NCBI GenBank assembly: GCA_029240075.1
Contig: JARBTQ010000006.1
Location: 2,544-66,543 of the forward strand
Direction: 5' to 3'
DNA: 64,000 nt
From: Chlamydiales bacterium
GTDB taxonomy: Bacteria > Chlamydiota > Chlamydiia > Chlamydiales > JARBTQ01
The translations under genes and the position numbers were made by a program. A model generated the notes under the pieces. The model saw only the letters and a program-made list of their open reading frames with translations, had not been told where the DNA came from and did no database searches. How positions within the stretch are numbered: position 1 is the first letter of the stretch; each line of letters opens with the position of its first letter. Below, in pieces: positions 30,521-40,714 of this stretch.

Positions 30521-30551
30521 ATTTAAAAAAGTTAATGTAAGGGACACAACA

Positions 30552-32180
30552 ATGAGCTTGGAGTTTTTAAGAGAATTTGGTCAGCAGCTTCTGAGTATCT
30601 GGAAGGAGATTAAAACTTATCAAAAGTTTACTGTCATTATGGTCGCTTCCTTGCTAGTAGCTATGCTAGTTCTTCTTGTAGCTAATGCTGCTGCTACGCG
30701 TTATACCCCTCTTTTTCCCGTTGATAGATTGACAATTACGGATGCGGCTGAGATTAAAGGTTATCTTGATGGACTGCGTGTTCCTTATAAAATTCAAAGT
30801 GATACATCGATCATAGTGCCCGAAAATCAAGTGCACCGCTTAAGGATGGACTTGGCAGCAGTGGGGCTACCTAAATTGCATTCAGGTAAAGGGTTCGAAC
30901 TTTTTGATACAAATACTTGGATCAAAGGGGAAAAAGAGCTACAAGTTTTAGAAATGAGAGCTCTTAAAGGTCAATTAGAAAGGGATATTGCCGAATATGA
31001 AAATATTAAAACGGCCAATGTCATTTTGGACATCGCTCCTCCTCGTCCTTTTGGTGGCTCAATGTATAAAACTAAGGCTTCTGTCATTTTAAATTTAATG
31101 CCAGGTGCAAGGCTCAGTTCTTCCCAGCTAAGAGCTATTACTTATCATGTAGCCGGAGCTGTAAGAGGATTAGTTCCTAATATGGTTGCTATTTCTGACA
31201 CTACCGGTAAGCTTTATCAAGCTATTGATCCAGAAGGAGATACAGACATGTTGCGTAGCGCTGAAGCTGGATTGGAGGAAAGGATCAAGTCTAAGGTTGA
31301 TGGTATGCTAGCGATGGTCGTAGGAGCAGATAACTTCTACTCAACTGTGCAAGTAACCATGAGTCGTAAGAAAGTTAGTGAAGAACGTAAAATTTACTCT
31401 GGTGTAGTAAATGGGGTAAATTTGGGAGATGCTGTTCCCATGTCTCTTACAGAATCTGGAATGCAAATGACTGAAAAAGAAAGGTCTGAGCAAGGAGCTC
31501 CTGGTTCTAATAATGAAGCTGTTGCTGGAGCTGTTATTGGAGGATCAACTGATCTGCTCAATCGCTCGGAAAACAGAAACCAACAGTATCGACAAATGGC
31601 CGTTCCTGTAGATCATGTTAAAATGCAATCTCAGCCTGGTGTTATCGAAGCTATATCGATTGGTGTACTGATAGATAAAACAATTACAGTTGGAAATGAT
31701 TCCGATTTGCCAGTTACAGATGTTATTGATGGAAAACGTCAAACAGAAAGAATTAAGCAAGAAATCTTAAATCAACTTTCAAAAATTATCGAAGGGCACG
31801 GTGTAAAAGCTATTCCAGCTGTAGACTTTGTCGAGTTTGACAAGACGTCTTCCAATAAGAGAGCTTCGGAAGAGAGCTGGGGAAGTATCATAGATCGAGC
31901 TACTCAAGTAGGTACAGGCGCATTTATTGTAATAACAGTTATGGCCATGTTATGGACATTCAACAGTTTTTGGCGCAAGCATATGATGCAACCTCCTGTT
32001 TTAGATAAAGAGGAAGAAGAGATCTCAGCTACGTATACAGAAGAGCCTTCAATTATAGAAGTGGAAGCAATGATCGAACTAATCAAGACAAGATTGCAAA
32101 GTGATCCTACTTTAGTTATCGATTCCTTAAAGGAATGGCTTGTTGAAAGTAATGAATTTAGCATCGGTAATACTAAGTAA
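30552..32180 (+). CDS. fliF: Flagellar MS-ring protein FliF
   Basis: Two TMs, VP..QV..LRM.LAA.GLP, GFELFD, RAL.GQL.R.I, ASVILNL, VAGAV.GL. Confidence 0.93.
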   Translation: MSLEFLREFGQQLLSIWKEIKTYQKFTVIMVASLLVAMLVLLVANAAATRYTPLFPVDRLTITDAAEIKGYLDGLRVPYKIQSDTSIIVPENQVHRLRMDLAAVGLPKLHSGKGFELFDTNTWIKGEKELQVLEMRALKGQLERDIAEYENIKTANVILDIAPPRPFGGSMYKTKASVILNLMPGARLSSSQLRAITYHVAGAVRGLVPNMVAISDTTGKLYQAIDPEGDTDMLRSAEAGLEERIKSKVDGMLAMVVGADNFYSTVQVTMSRKKVSEERKIYSGVVNGVNLGDAVPMSLTESGMQMTEKERSEQGAPGSNNEAVAGAVIGGSTDLLNRSENRNQQYRQMAVPVDHVKMQSQPGVIEAISIGVLIDKTITVGNDSDLPVTDVIDGKRQTERIKQEILNQLSKIIEGHGVKAIPAVDFVEFDKTSSNKRASEESWGSIIDRATQVGTGAFIVITVMAMLWTFNSFWRKHMMQPPVLDKEEEEISATYTEEPSIIEVEAMIELIKTRLQSDPTLVIDSLKEWLVESNEFSIGNTK

Positions 32181-32225
32181 GGTGGATAAGAACATGATAA
32201 GTAGTCAACTGAAAGGGAAAGCATA

Positions 32226-33290
32226 ATGGCAACCAAAACTGATATCGATACTATTTATAAAGGGCTAAATAACTCTCAAAAAGCAGCTTTATTGCTAATT
32301 GCGCTAGGACAAAAATGGGCAACAGAAGTTATGCGTCTTCTATCTGAGGATGAGGTCCGAAAGATTTCCTTTTGGATAAACCAAATGGGCTATGTACCAC
32401 AAGAAATTACAGAGCAAGTAATTAAAGAATTTTACGATAAATTGTCTCGTAAATCTTCTCTAGCTACTATGGGTGGGAAGGACTACCTATTAGATGTTCT
32501 TGGCGGGATTATGAGTGAGCAACAGGCAAACCAAATGTTAGAAGAACTTCTATCTCAAGAAAAACATGAAGTATTCCGTATTCTGAAACAAGTAGATCCT
32601 CTTCAATTGGCAGCTCATCTAAAAAATGAGCAACCTCAAACCGTAGCTCTTATGATGTCTCATCTGCCTGCGCAAAGAGCTGCAGCAATAGTAGGTGCCC
32701 TTCCAGAAGAGATGCAGCTAGAAATAGTTGTATGTCTAGCCAAGTTGCAGCAGTCTGACCCAGAAATTGTGTCTGCTGTTGAGCAAACGCTCAATGCAAG
32801 CTTAACTGAAGCTGCTAAAGTCGCAAAACAGCACCAAGATGCAGTTAAGCAGCTAGGGGGAGTTAAAGCTGTTGCTGAAATGCTTACTAATATTGGCAAG
32901 ACGGCAGAGAAGAATATCATGACAAAATTAGCAGAAAAGGATTTTGATCTAGCTGCTGCCATTAAGGAAATGATGTTTGTATTTGACGATATTATTTTAT
33001 TAGATGATAAATCACTACAAAAAGTGCTTAAAGATGTAGAACAAAATGATCTTATTATCTCCTTGAAAGGCGCCAACGAAACTGTTAGGAACAAGGTTTT
33101 CAAAAATATTTCTAAGCGTCAAGCAGAGTCTATTAATGACGAACTAGCATTTATGGGGCCTATGAAAGGCTCTGTCGTTAAAGCTTCTCAGCAAAAAATC
33201 GTTAACTTAATACGTAAGCTAGACGAAGAAGGGCAGATTGTCATCCAAAGCAAAGGTGGTGGTGGAGGTGACGATGACGTTGTTGTCTAA
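32226..33290 (+). CDS. fliG: Flagellar motor switch protein FliG
   Basis: QKAALLLIALG, GGKDY, EQPQTVAL, GGVKAVAEML, MFVFDDI, GPMK. Confidence 0.96.
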   Translation: MATKTDIDTIYKGLNNSQKAALLLIALGQKWATEVMRLLSEDEVRKISFWINQMGYVPQEITEQVIKEFYDKLSRKSSLATMGGKDYLLDVLGGIMSEQQANQMLEELLSQEKHEVFRILKQVDPLQLAAHLKNEQPQTVALMMSHLPAQRAAAIVGALPEEMQLEIVVCLAKLQQSDPEIVSAVEQTLNASLTEAAKVAKQHQDAVKQLGGVKAVAEMLTNIGKTAEKNIMTKLAEKDFDLAAAIKEMMFVFDDIILLDDKSLQKVLKDVEQNDLIISLKGANETVRNKVFKNISKRQAESINDELAFMGPMKGSVVKASQQKIVNLIRKLDEEGQIVIQSKGGGGGDDDVVV

Positions 33291-34044
33291 AGGTATTAAA
33301 AAAATCATAAGAGGCGCTGATGTCGAGGGAATAACATTCTGCACTCCTACCGGAGAGCTTGAACAGGAACAACAGAAACAGCGCCAAGAGCAAGAGCACT
33401 TAAAGACTTTAGAAGAATTTTGGCTGGATAAGGGGTTTCAACAAGGAATCGAAAGAGGTTTTGAGGAGGGTTGGTCCAAAGGGGAAGAAGAGGGTTACCT
33501 CAGAGGGCTGACTGAAGGAAAAAAAATAGGGGAAGAGGAAAGTAAGGAAAAATATATTGAAGAAGGTCGTGTTCAAGGATACGATAAAACTATACAAGAA
33601 TTGGAAGAGCTTTTTTCCCTATTTAAAAATTTAAACCACAAGCTAGAGAGGGAAAGGTTTGAACTTACAGATAAACTTCGCCCAGATCTTATAAACCTAG
33701 CAACCTCTATTTGCGAAAAAGTTCTGAAAAGAGATTTAGCACAGGAGTCTAGTATGGTACAGTTAATAGACTCTTTATTATTGCAGCATCAAAGACTTAT
33801 CAAAGAAGCACCTTTAACAATTGTACTGCCATCAGAGGAAGCTACAACTATTCGAAATTGGCTGGAAAAACAGCATTATGATTCAAATTCTCAATTAATG
33901 GATAAAGTTCAATTTCAGCCTGATGAACGTATGATTAAGGGAAATTGTCGTATAGAATTTCCTATGGGTATTATTCACTTTGATATAGAACGGCAACTTG
34001 CAGAAATAAAAGAAAAGACTCTAGCAGCAGAGGATTTAGAATAA
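33274..34044 (+). CDS. fliH: Flagellar export protein FliH
   Basis: Tandem GxxxG repeats, C-terminal G.CRIE...G; start set at ATG 33274 (GGAGG RBS). Confidence 0.88.
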   Translation: MTLLSKGIKKIIRGADVEGITFCTPTGELEQEQQKQRQEQEHLKTLEEFWLDKGFQQGIERGFEEGWSKGEEEGYLRGLTEGKKIGEEESKEKYIEEGRVQGYDKTIQELEELFSLFKNLNHKLERERFELTDKLRPDLINLATSICEKVLKRDLAQESSMVQLIDSLLLQHQRLIKEAPLTIVLPSEEATTIRNWLEKQHYDSNSQLMDKVQFQPDERMIKGNCRIEFPMGIIHFDIERQLAEIKEKTLAAEDLE

Positions 34045-34056
34045 AAGGGGGCAGCC

Positions 34057-35364
34057 GTGACATTGAGTTTAGCACGTGAGATATCGCAAGTAAAAAGATG
34101 GGAAGGAATTAGAATTAGTGGAAGAATCACTCATATTGTAGGATTGTTGATAGAATCGATAGGTCCCAAAGCTTGCTTAGGTGAAATTTGCTATGCTTAT
34201 GGAAAAAATGGACAAGCTATACCTTGTGAAGTCGTTGGTTTTAAGGACAAAAATGTTCTTTTAATGTGTTTAGGAGAAATGACTGCTTTAACCACTGGAT
34301 CTGAAGTTTATCCAACAGGGCACGTGCACAGAGTTGCTGTTTCTAATGCTATGTGTGGTAGAGTCTTAGATGCATTAGGTCGTCCTATAGATGATAAAGG
34401 CCCCCTTATCCCCGAAAAATATTATCCGGTTATTGCAGCTCCACCAGAGCCACTACGCCGCCGTAGGATTCATGATATTTTAAGTACAGGAGTAAAATCG
34501 ATAGATGCAACTTGTACTGCTGGACAAGGGCAAAGATTTGGCATTTTTTCTGGTTCAGGTGTTGGTAAATCAACCCTTATGTCAATGATGGCTCGTATGT
34601 CCTCTGCAGATATTAACGTTATTGCTCTTGTTGGGGAACGGGGAAGAGAGGTTCGGGAGTTTATAGAAAGAGATCTAGGTCCTGAGGGATTAGCAAGATC
34701 AGTAGTAGTGGTAGCTACTTCTGACCAAGCGGCATTACTGCGCTCAAAGGGAGCTTGCGTAGCTACTGCTATCGCTGAATATTTTAGAGACATGGGGAAA
34801 AATGTTCTTCTTATTATGGATTCTGTTACGCGTTATGCTATGGCTTTACGTGAAATAGGTTTAGCTATTGGAGAACCTCCTGCTACCAAAGGGTACACTC
34901 CCTCTGTTTTTGCTGCTCTACCAAAATTATTGGAAAGAGCCGGTAACTCTGATAAGGGATCAATTACGGGCATTTACACTATTTTAGCAGAAGGGGATGA
35001 TCTTAATGATCCCATCGTTGATACGGTTCGTTCTATATTGGATGGGCACATTGTATTATCTCGTAAACTTGCATCTGCTAATCACTTTCCTCCTGTTGAT
35101 GTTTTAGAAAGTTTATCAAGGGTGATGTCCGATATCACAACATCGACTCATTATGAAAAAGCAGGTAAGTTAAGAGATCTATTACAGGTGTACAAAGAAG
35201 CAGAGGACTTGATCAATATTGGGGCTTATGTATCAGGATCTAACCCTAAAATAGATCAAGCAATTAGTTTAATAGGATCTATTAGAAGCTTTTTAAAACA
35301 AAAATCTCATGAGCAGTTTACGTTTGTTCAGACAGAAAAACTTTTAAGCACCCTTATCAAATAA
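34057..35364 (+). CDS. fliI: Flagellar export ATPase FliI
   Basis: Walker A GSGVGKST, GERGREVREF, Walker B LLIMDSVTR, ILDGHIVLSR. Confidence 0.96.
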   Translation: MTLSLAREISQVKRWEGIRISGRITHIVGLLIESIGPKACLGEICYAYGKNGQAIPCEVVGFKDKNVLLMCLGEMTALTTGSEVYPTGHVHRVAVSNAMCGRVLDALGRPIDDKGPLIPEKYYPVIAAPPEPLRRRRIHDILSTGVKSIDATCTAGQGQRFGIFSGSGVGKSTLMSMMARMSSADINVIALVGERGREVREFIERDLGPEGLARSVVVVATSDQAALLRSKGACVATAIAEYFRDMGKNVLLIMDSVTRYAMALREIGLAIGEPPATKGYTPSVFAALPKLLERAGNSDKGSITGIYTILAEGDDLNDPIVDTVRSILDGHIVLSRKLASANHFPPVDVLESLSRVMSDITTSTHYEKAGKLRDLLQVYKEAEDLINIGAYVSGSNPKIDQAISLIGSIRSFLKQKSHEQFTFVQTEKLLSTLIK

Positions 35365-35372
35365 GTTAAACT

Positions 35373-35837
35373 ATGAAAGGGCAATTCAAATTTAGAATGG
35401 AAGCTGTGTTGACCCTTCGTACGCAGCAAGAGCAGATTGTACAAAAAGAATTATCTGCTTTACAAAAAGAACTGGATGAGGCATTTAATGTTTTAAAAAG
35501 TTTAGATAAGGAAAGATTAAGCGTAGAGCAAGAATTAACGGATACTCAAAGAAAAAGTCATGTAGCTACTCGTTTAGTAGAACATTTGCAATATCTAGAT
35601 TTACTTAAAAAGAAAATAGCATATTCGCAGGACGATGTCATTAAACTGCAGAATAAAATAGCCAGTAAAAGGCAAAAATTATTCGAAGCAAAGAAAAATA
35701 AAGAAGTTCTCGAAAAGTTAAAAGAAAAGCACTATTCTGATTGGAAAAATCATATCGATAAGATTGAATCTCAATTTTTAGATGAACTCGCAACTATTCG
35801 CTTTCACAGACAGGACTCAGGTTTGAAATATGATTAA
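35373..35837 (+). CDS. fliJ: Flagellar export protein FliJ
   Basis: FKFRME.VL.LR start, coiled coil, LEKLKEK, E...LDE.A end. Confidence 0.88.
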   Translation: MKGQFKFRMEAVLTLRTQQEQIVQKELSALQKELDEAFNVLKSLDKERLSVEQELTDTQRKSHVATRLVEHLQYLDLLKKKIAYSQDDVIKLQNKIASKRQKLFEAKKNKEVLEKLKEKHYSDWKNHIDKIESQFLDELATIRFHRQDSGLKYD

Positions 35838-36537
35838 ACAAATTAGCATTCTTATTTCTATTTTTATAATAATTTTAGCCGCTATAATTGGCGCTGGAAT
35901 GTATTTTAAGCAACAGCAGGCTATAGAGTCCGTATCAGCAAGCTCTAATCCGGCAACAACAGATAGCAGTGGTAAGGGAAAGAAAAATAGCGGAATATCT
36001 GATAGCGAAGTAGAGCTATCTCAAGGCGATCAGTCAAAGATGGATGAGCTGACAAGACAGGCAATAGCAGAGATAAGAGCTGAACAGCGGCTTAATTTAA
36101 CTATGACTGCTCAATTAAGAACTTATCGTACAATGTTGAACCAGTTGCAAAGTTATGCCAAAAAAGTTGAAAATGATATAGACATGGCTAGAGAAATCTC
36201 TAAAAATGACTTTCAAGAAAATGTAGAGCTTCAGGCTGGGTTATTTACTGGTAAAAAACCAGAATTAGTAGCAAGGCATTTAGAAGAGTTTGAACCGATA
36301 CGTATAGGTGCTATCTTAGCTAAAATGAAAGAAAAAGAAGCTGCACAAGTTCTTGATGTTTGGGCTATAGCAACTCCTATACAAAAAGGTGAGAGTTTTT
36401 ATAGAGATGTTATGGGTGCTTATCTGGCAAACCGTAGGCACGATATACATCCTGAGTTATTTTCAACCATTAATACAGAAAGTATCAATCAACCGACTCA
36501 GAATCCGGTTGAACCAGAGCAACCAGTTAGACCTTAA
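35830..36537 (+). CDS. YlxF/FlbB/MotE-like flagellar protein
   Basis: N-terminal TM, coiled coil, ILAKMKEKEAAQVL MgtE_N-like motif; directly after fliJ. Confidence 0.65.
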   Translation: MIKQISILISIFIIILAAIIGAGMYFKQQQAIESVSASSNPATTDSSGKGKKNSGISDSEVELSQGDQSKMDELTRQAIAEIRAEQRLNLTMTAQLRTYRTMLNQLQSYAKKVENDIDMAREISKNDFQENVELQAGLFTGKKPELVARHLEEFEPIRIGAILAKMKEKEAAQVLDVWAIATPIQKGESFYRDVMGAYLANRRHDIHPELFSTINTESINQPTQNPVEPEQPVRP

Positions 36538-36548
36538 CGGTAATATAA

Positions 36549-37940
36549 ATGCAAGTTGATAGGTTAAGATCTTTATTACAAAATATTAGACAGGACTTTT
36601 TGCTAGATCGTTGGGATTTTTTAGACGAACTAGCAAAAGAGCAGCTAGCTCTGGAAATAGATTCTTTAAACCTATCGCAAATAGTTCAACAGCAACAAAT
36701 TCTTAGAAAGAAGGTAGCTCCTTTAGATTCTGTATTAGAGTCTTTTCAAAACTACAGATATATTACTAGTGAAGCAATTCGCAAAGAACGCATTAAGATT
36801 TCATTTGATCCCCTTAGATATAAAATCGGTTGCTTAATAGTTGCAGGAGGACAAGGTACGCGCCTTAAATGGAATGGTCCTAAAGGAACCTTTCCTGTCT
36901 CTTTAATTAAACAAAAAAGTCTGTTCCAGCTCTTATCAGAAAAGATTGTAGCAGCTAGCCATTTGCATGGTTATAAGATCCCTTTAGCTGTTATGACTTC
37001 TCCTGAAAATCATCGAATTACTATAGAATTTTTTAAGAAACATTGTTTTTTTGGTTTGGATCCAGCCTATGTGGATTTTTTTCAGCAAGAAGAATTACCG
37101 CTATTGGATCTCTCAGGTAACCTTTTTTTAGAATCTACTAGTCATATAGCAAAAGGGCCTAATGGCAACGGAGAAGCTTTAAAAAGCTTTTACAGCGCAG
37201 GGCTTTGGAAAAAGTGGAAAAGCTTAGATATTGAGTCTGTATATTTTTCTCCTATTGATAATCCACTGGCTTTGCCTTATGATGCTGTTCTGATTAAATC
37301 ACATATGGAATCTCAGGCAGATGTTACTATCAAATGTGTGCCTAGAATAGATTTAAATGAAAATGTAGGCCTAGTTGTAAAAAAGGATCACAAGATTTCC
37401 GTTGTTGAATATTCAGAATTGCCGACGTTTGAGCAAACTGCTATTGATGAACAAGGAAATCCTAAGCACATATGTGCTAATATTAGTATTTTCTGCTTTA
37501 GTATGGATTTTGTGCAAAGGGCAGCTCTTGACTACACTGATCAAATGCCCTGGCATTTAGCTAAAAAGGCTGCTAGATATCTGAATGCACAAGGGATTAC
37601 AGATATGTCGCAGCAACCTATTGCATGGAAATTTGAAAAATTCATCTTTGATCTCTTACCATTTACAAGTAAGGTAAACATCCTCTTATATCCTAGAGAA
37701 AGTTGTTTTGCTCCTTTAAAGAATGCTAGAGGCAGTGACAGTTTAGAAACAGTGCAAGCCGCTCTTTTAAAGGCTGACTGCGATGCATACCATATGCTAT
37801 CAGGAATATATCCTTCTAGTGCACGTCGATTTGAGTTAGATGCTCAATTCTATTATCCGAACCTTTCAATGCAGGAAAATTGGTTAAGCCGTGCTTTGCC
37901 CCCGTTTCCCTATATTGAGCCATTCTGCAAGAGTTGTTAG
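36549..37940 (+). CDS. UDP-N-acetylglucosamine pyrophosphorylase, eukaryote-type (CT715-like)
   Basis: AGGQGTRL...GPKG, PNGNG, IDNPL, VVEYSE, KFEKFIFD, FAPLKN. Confidence 0.92.
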   Translation: MQVDRLRSLLQNIRQDFLLDRWDFLDELAKEQLALEIDSLNLSQIVQQQQILRKKVAPLDSVLESFQNYRYITSEAIRKERIKISFDPLRYKIGCLIVAGGQGTRLKWNGPKGTFPVSLIKQKSLFQLLSEKIVAASHLHGYKIPLAVMTSPENHRITIEFFKKHCFFGLDPAYVDFFQQEELPLLDLSGNLFLESTSHIAKGPNGNGEALKSFYSAGLWKKWKSLDIESVYFSPIDNPLALPYDAVLIKSHMESQADVTIKCVPRIDLNENVGLVVKKDHKISVVEYSELPTFEQTAIDEQGNPKHICANISIFCFSMDFVQRAALDYTDQMPWHLAKKAARYLNAQGITDMSQQPIAWKFEKFIFDLLPFTSKVNILLYPRESCFAPLKNARGSDSLETVQAALLKADCDAYHMLSGIYPSSARRFELDAQFYYPNLSMQENWLSRALPPFPYIEPFCKSC

Positions 37941-38118
37941 GTTTTTTAGTCTTGTCCTATGATTATTGTCTACATATGACACTAGTGTAATTTTATAAGT
38001 TTTTTACCTAGAAGCGCTTATCATTTTTTTGTGAATGTAAAATTGTTACGACCAATTCCTTGTGCCTTGCCAGTGGAAAAAAGTAAATTCTGATAAGCAT
38101 CATATAACTAAATAAAGC

Positions 38119-39699
38119 TTAGTAGATCCAAGAAATAGCTTCTTGTCTCATCTGAGACTTTTCTAATATATAAATAGCTAGTCCGAAGCAGATAGTAATA
38201 AATATGACAATCAGAGTAAGGGGGATGCTTGATGTATACCATACAAAATCAAAATTTTGGGGAAGCTGATAAACTGTATTTAATAAATGTTCAATCCACC
38301 ATTCGTTGATAGAAAGTATTATTTGACCCAACAATGGCACTGTGGACAAGCTTAGGCTTATTAGAGTCCCAATCATTGTTAATCCGACTAAAGTGGGGAA
38401 AAAGAGGTTATAAAACAAGCTTAGAAAAGGCAATTTTTGGAAATAGTACAATGTCAAAGGAATGGTTACAAAATGTACGGCAAGCATTAAAGAACATGAG
38501 TTGCGGAAAAGTGAAAGAAGCACATACCCATGTTGTTGTAATCGATTCATTTCAATCATTCTACTTAAGTCATAGCAGGGCCAGGCCCTCTGTAAATATA
38601 GGTCTATTTGGTTATAATAGCATAGTATAGCTGCGGTTGCTATAAAGCTAAACTGAAAGCCAATTTGAAAGCAGCTCAGAGGGTTGATTACAGTAATGCA
38701 ACCAAGAGCCAATCCTAGAGAGTTGAGAGCTATACTCTGTCTTTCTAGAACATGCCCTAAAATTGATAGCTGCGCAGAGATCCAAGCTCGTATGACAGAT
38801 GGAGCAGCTCCTATAAACGCAAAGTAGAATGTCATCAATAGCGATAAAATAATATTGCTTCTTTTAAAAGGAAAAATAATTCTTAAAATCAAGCCTGCAA
38901 AATTAGCAATAATTCCAAAATGAAGTCCTGAAATAGCCATAACATGCTGCAACCCCATACGACTGAATTCACAATTCATCTGGGAACTATCAGAAACTCC
39001 TAAAAATATACCAGAAATAAAGTTATAGCTTTCAGATTCCTTAAAAAGAAAGCTTAAATGGTTCTGCCAATATTGCTTTTGTGCAAACCTCCACTCACTT
39101 AAACTAAAGTTATTTCTTTCAAGCTTTCTCCAAATATCGTGTTTATTAACTTTAAGTCTATATTGAAAAGATGAATCTGTTGCTTTTAAGACAGCAGGGA
39201 TTGCATACAAGTACCGTCCATCAGGACGTTCCCCTGTATCAGGCAAGTACAGTCTATAAGGGATATTGCGCGCCACTTCTAAGGAATTGGGCCCCTGTGA
39301 TGAGCTATGAAAAGAAAGGATTGTCCCTTGATAGATCCAACAGCTCTTAAAACTTTGGCTAGAATATCGGATAGATTCAATTTGAATAATTGCTTTTCCT
39401 TGTATCCCACTATCAGGAATCATAGGAGGGATTTTATAGTGCAAATTAAAGAAATACAGCAGTGTCGTAGTTAGGCTTAATCCAACGCAAATATTTTTGA
39501 AAAACCATGTTCTTAACTCTTGTTGACCTGCTAAGAGCGTAGGCCACCAAAGTGCTATTAATGGAATAAATAAGCTCCAATGAAAAGCAAAGAGAGCATA
39601 AGTTCCGAGTAAAAACTGTAATGCGTGGAAGAGGGCTAAATGCCTCTTCCAAAAATTTAAAAAATAACTAGCTAACTTCTGTAATTTTAATAGCATCAA
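38119..39699 (-). CDS. comEC: ComEC/Rec2 competence membrane protein (no metallo-beta-lactamase domain)
   Basis: GLQHVMAISGLH, PSVIRA, GFQFSF.AT; multi-TM. Confidence 0.88.
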   Translation of the reverse strand: MMLLKLQKLASYFLNFWKRHLALFHALQFLLGTYALFAFHWSLFIPLIALWWPTLLAGQQELRTWFFKNICVGLSLTTTLLYFFNLHYKIPPMIPDSGIQGKAIIQIESIRYSSQSFKSCWIYQGTILSFHSSSQGPNSLEVARNIPYRLYLPDTGERPDGRYLYAIPAVLKATDSSFQYRLKVNKHDIWRKLERNNFSLSEWRFAQKQYWQNHLSFLFKESESYNFISGIFLGVSDSSQMNCEFSRMGLQHVMAISGLHFGIIANFAGLILRIIFPFKRSNIILSLLMTFYFAFIGAAPSVIRAWISAQLSILGHVLERQSIALNSLGLALGCITVINPLSCFQIGFQFSFIATAAILCYYNQIDLYLQRAWPCYDLSRMIEMNRLQQHGYVLLSLFRNSCSLMLAVHFVTIPLTLYYFQKLPFLSLFYNLFFPTLVGLTMIGTLISLSLSTVPLLGQIILSINEWWIEHLLNTVYQLPQNFDFVWYTSSIPLTLIVIFITICFGLAIYILEKSQMRQEAISWIY

Positions 39700-40361
39700 C
39701 GATGATAGACTTGCCGATTTAGATTCTGTGGACTAGAATTATTTACACTTTTCTGCTGTTTAAATTGAACAAGAATATGGCTTTTAGAAATAAAATAGGT
39801 GTCAATTTGTGTTTTTAACCTTTGATAGGCAAACCTTGGAGGTGTTGTGAGGTTAAAATCATTTTTATTAAAATAACCTATATGACTTGTATTCTGAAAT
39901 GTTCCTTCTATCTTCTTTGTAGAATGAGTTGCCTGCTTTTGAGCATCTGTATATTCTACTATTTCTGAACTTAGATTTCCATCGTCTGAACGTATAATGG
40001 CAATGTAGACGTCTCCTTTTTTAACATCTAAAAAAGTTTTAAAAAACGACTCTATAATTTTATCTAAGCCTTGTACTAGCTCCTGTTTAAGATTTTCTGT
40101 AGAGTATTTATTTTTTTCTTTTGGGATATTATCTTTTTTAGAATGTGTTATCGAGTACTTGTTGGCTAAAGAAATTGATTGATAAGAGTTAAATGTCTCC
40201 TGTTTTTGCTCTTTTAGAAGTCTTTCTGCTGCGATAGATGCTTTAGCGTTAGCTGCAGTCATGGGTAAGGAAAATGATGGATTATTGTTTTGGCCTATTA
40301 AAATACCAGGTAAAGTACTTTTGATTGATAAAGCTTGAAATTTAGCTGAACTAGGATTCAC
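39696..40361 (-). CDS. Hypothetical protein
   Basis: 221-aa ORF with 4-bp overlap onto the comEC start. Confidence 0.6.
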   Translation of the reverse strand: MNPSSAKFQALSIKSTLPGILIGQNNNPSFSLPMTAANAKASIAAERLLKEQKQETFNSYQSISLANKYSITHSKKDNIPKEKNKYSTENLKQELVQGLDKIIESFFKTFLDVKKGDVYIAIIRSDDGNLSSEIVEYTDAQKQATHSTKKIEGTFQNTSHIGYFNKNDFNLTTPPRFAYQRLKTQIDTYFISKSHILVQFKQQKSVNNSSPQNLNRQVYHR

Positions 40362-40714
40362 GGCTACATCCAGGTTAAAAGATTAAAGGATAAGACAGTT
40401 AATAGCTCTCATTCGACATCTCCTTTACACAGAATTACAGGCTTTCCTCTCTAGTAAATGCTGTGGTTTTTATACATAGCTTTCGATAAGTTTTTCTAAT
40501 AAAAGGACTTCATTGTTCAAGAAATAGTGAAGCCATAAGTATAGGATTTGTTAGAACTATGTAAATTTAGATGTAGCTTTTTAAATTGATAGAGTCAAGA
40601 GAGATCTAAGCTTTAAGTAGGCGAAAAATTTGTTCAGCTTTATTGACAGAAGACCTATATAAGTGCTGCTATATATGGATCTATCAACGAGTAGTTAGTT
40701 TATAAGGTATAAAA

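Noticed and set aside
30552-35837. fliF-fliJ as a non-flagellar injectisome locus
   Set aside because: FliG with torque residues and the rod, ring and flagellin genes indicate a flagellum; no SctC, SctD or SctJ here
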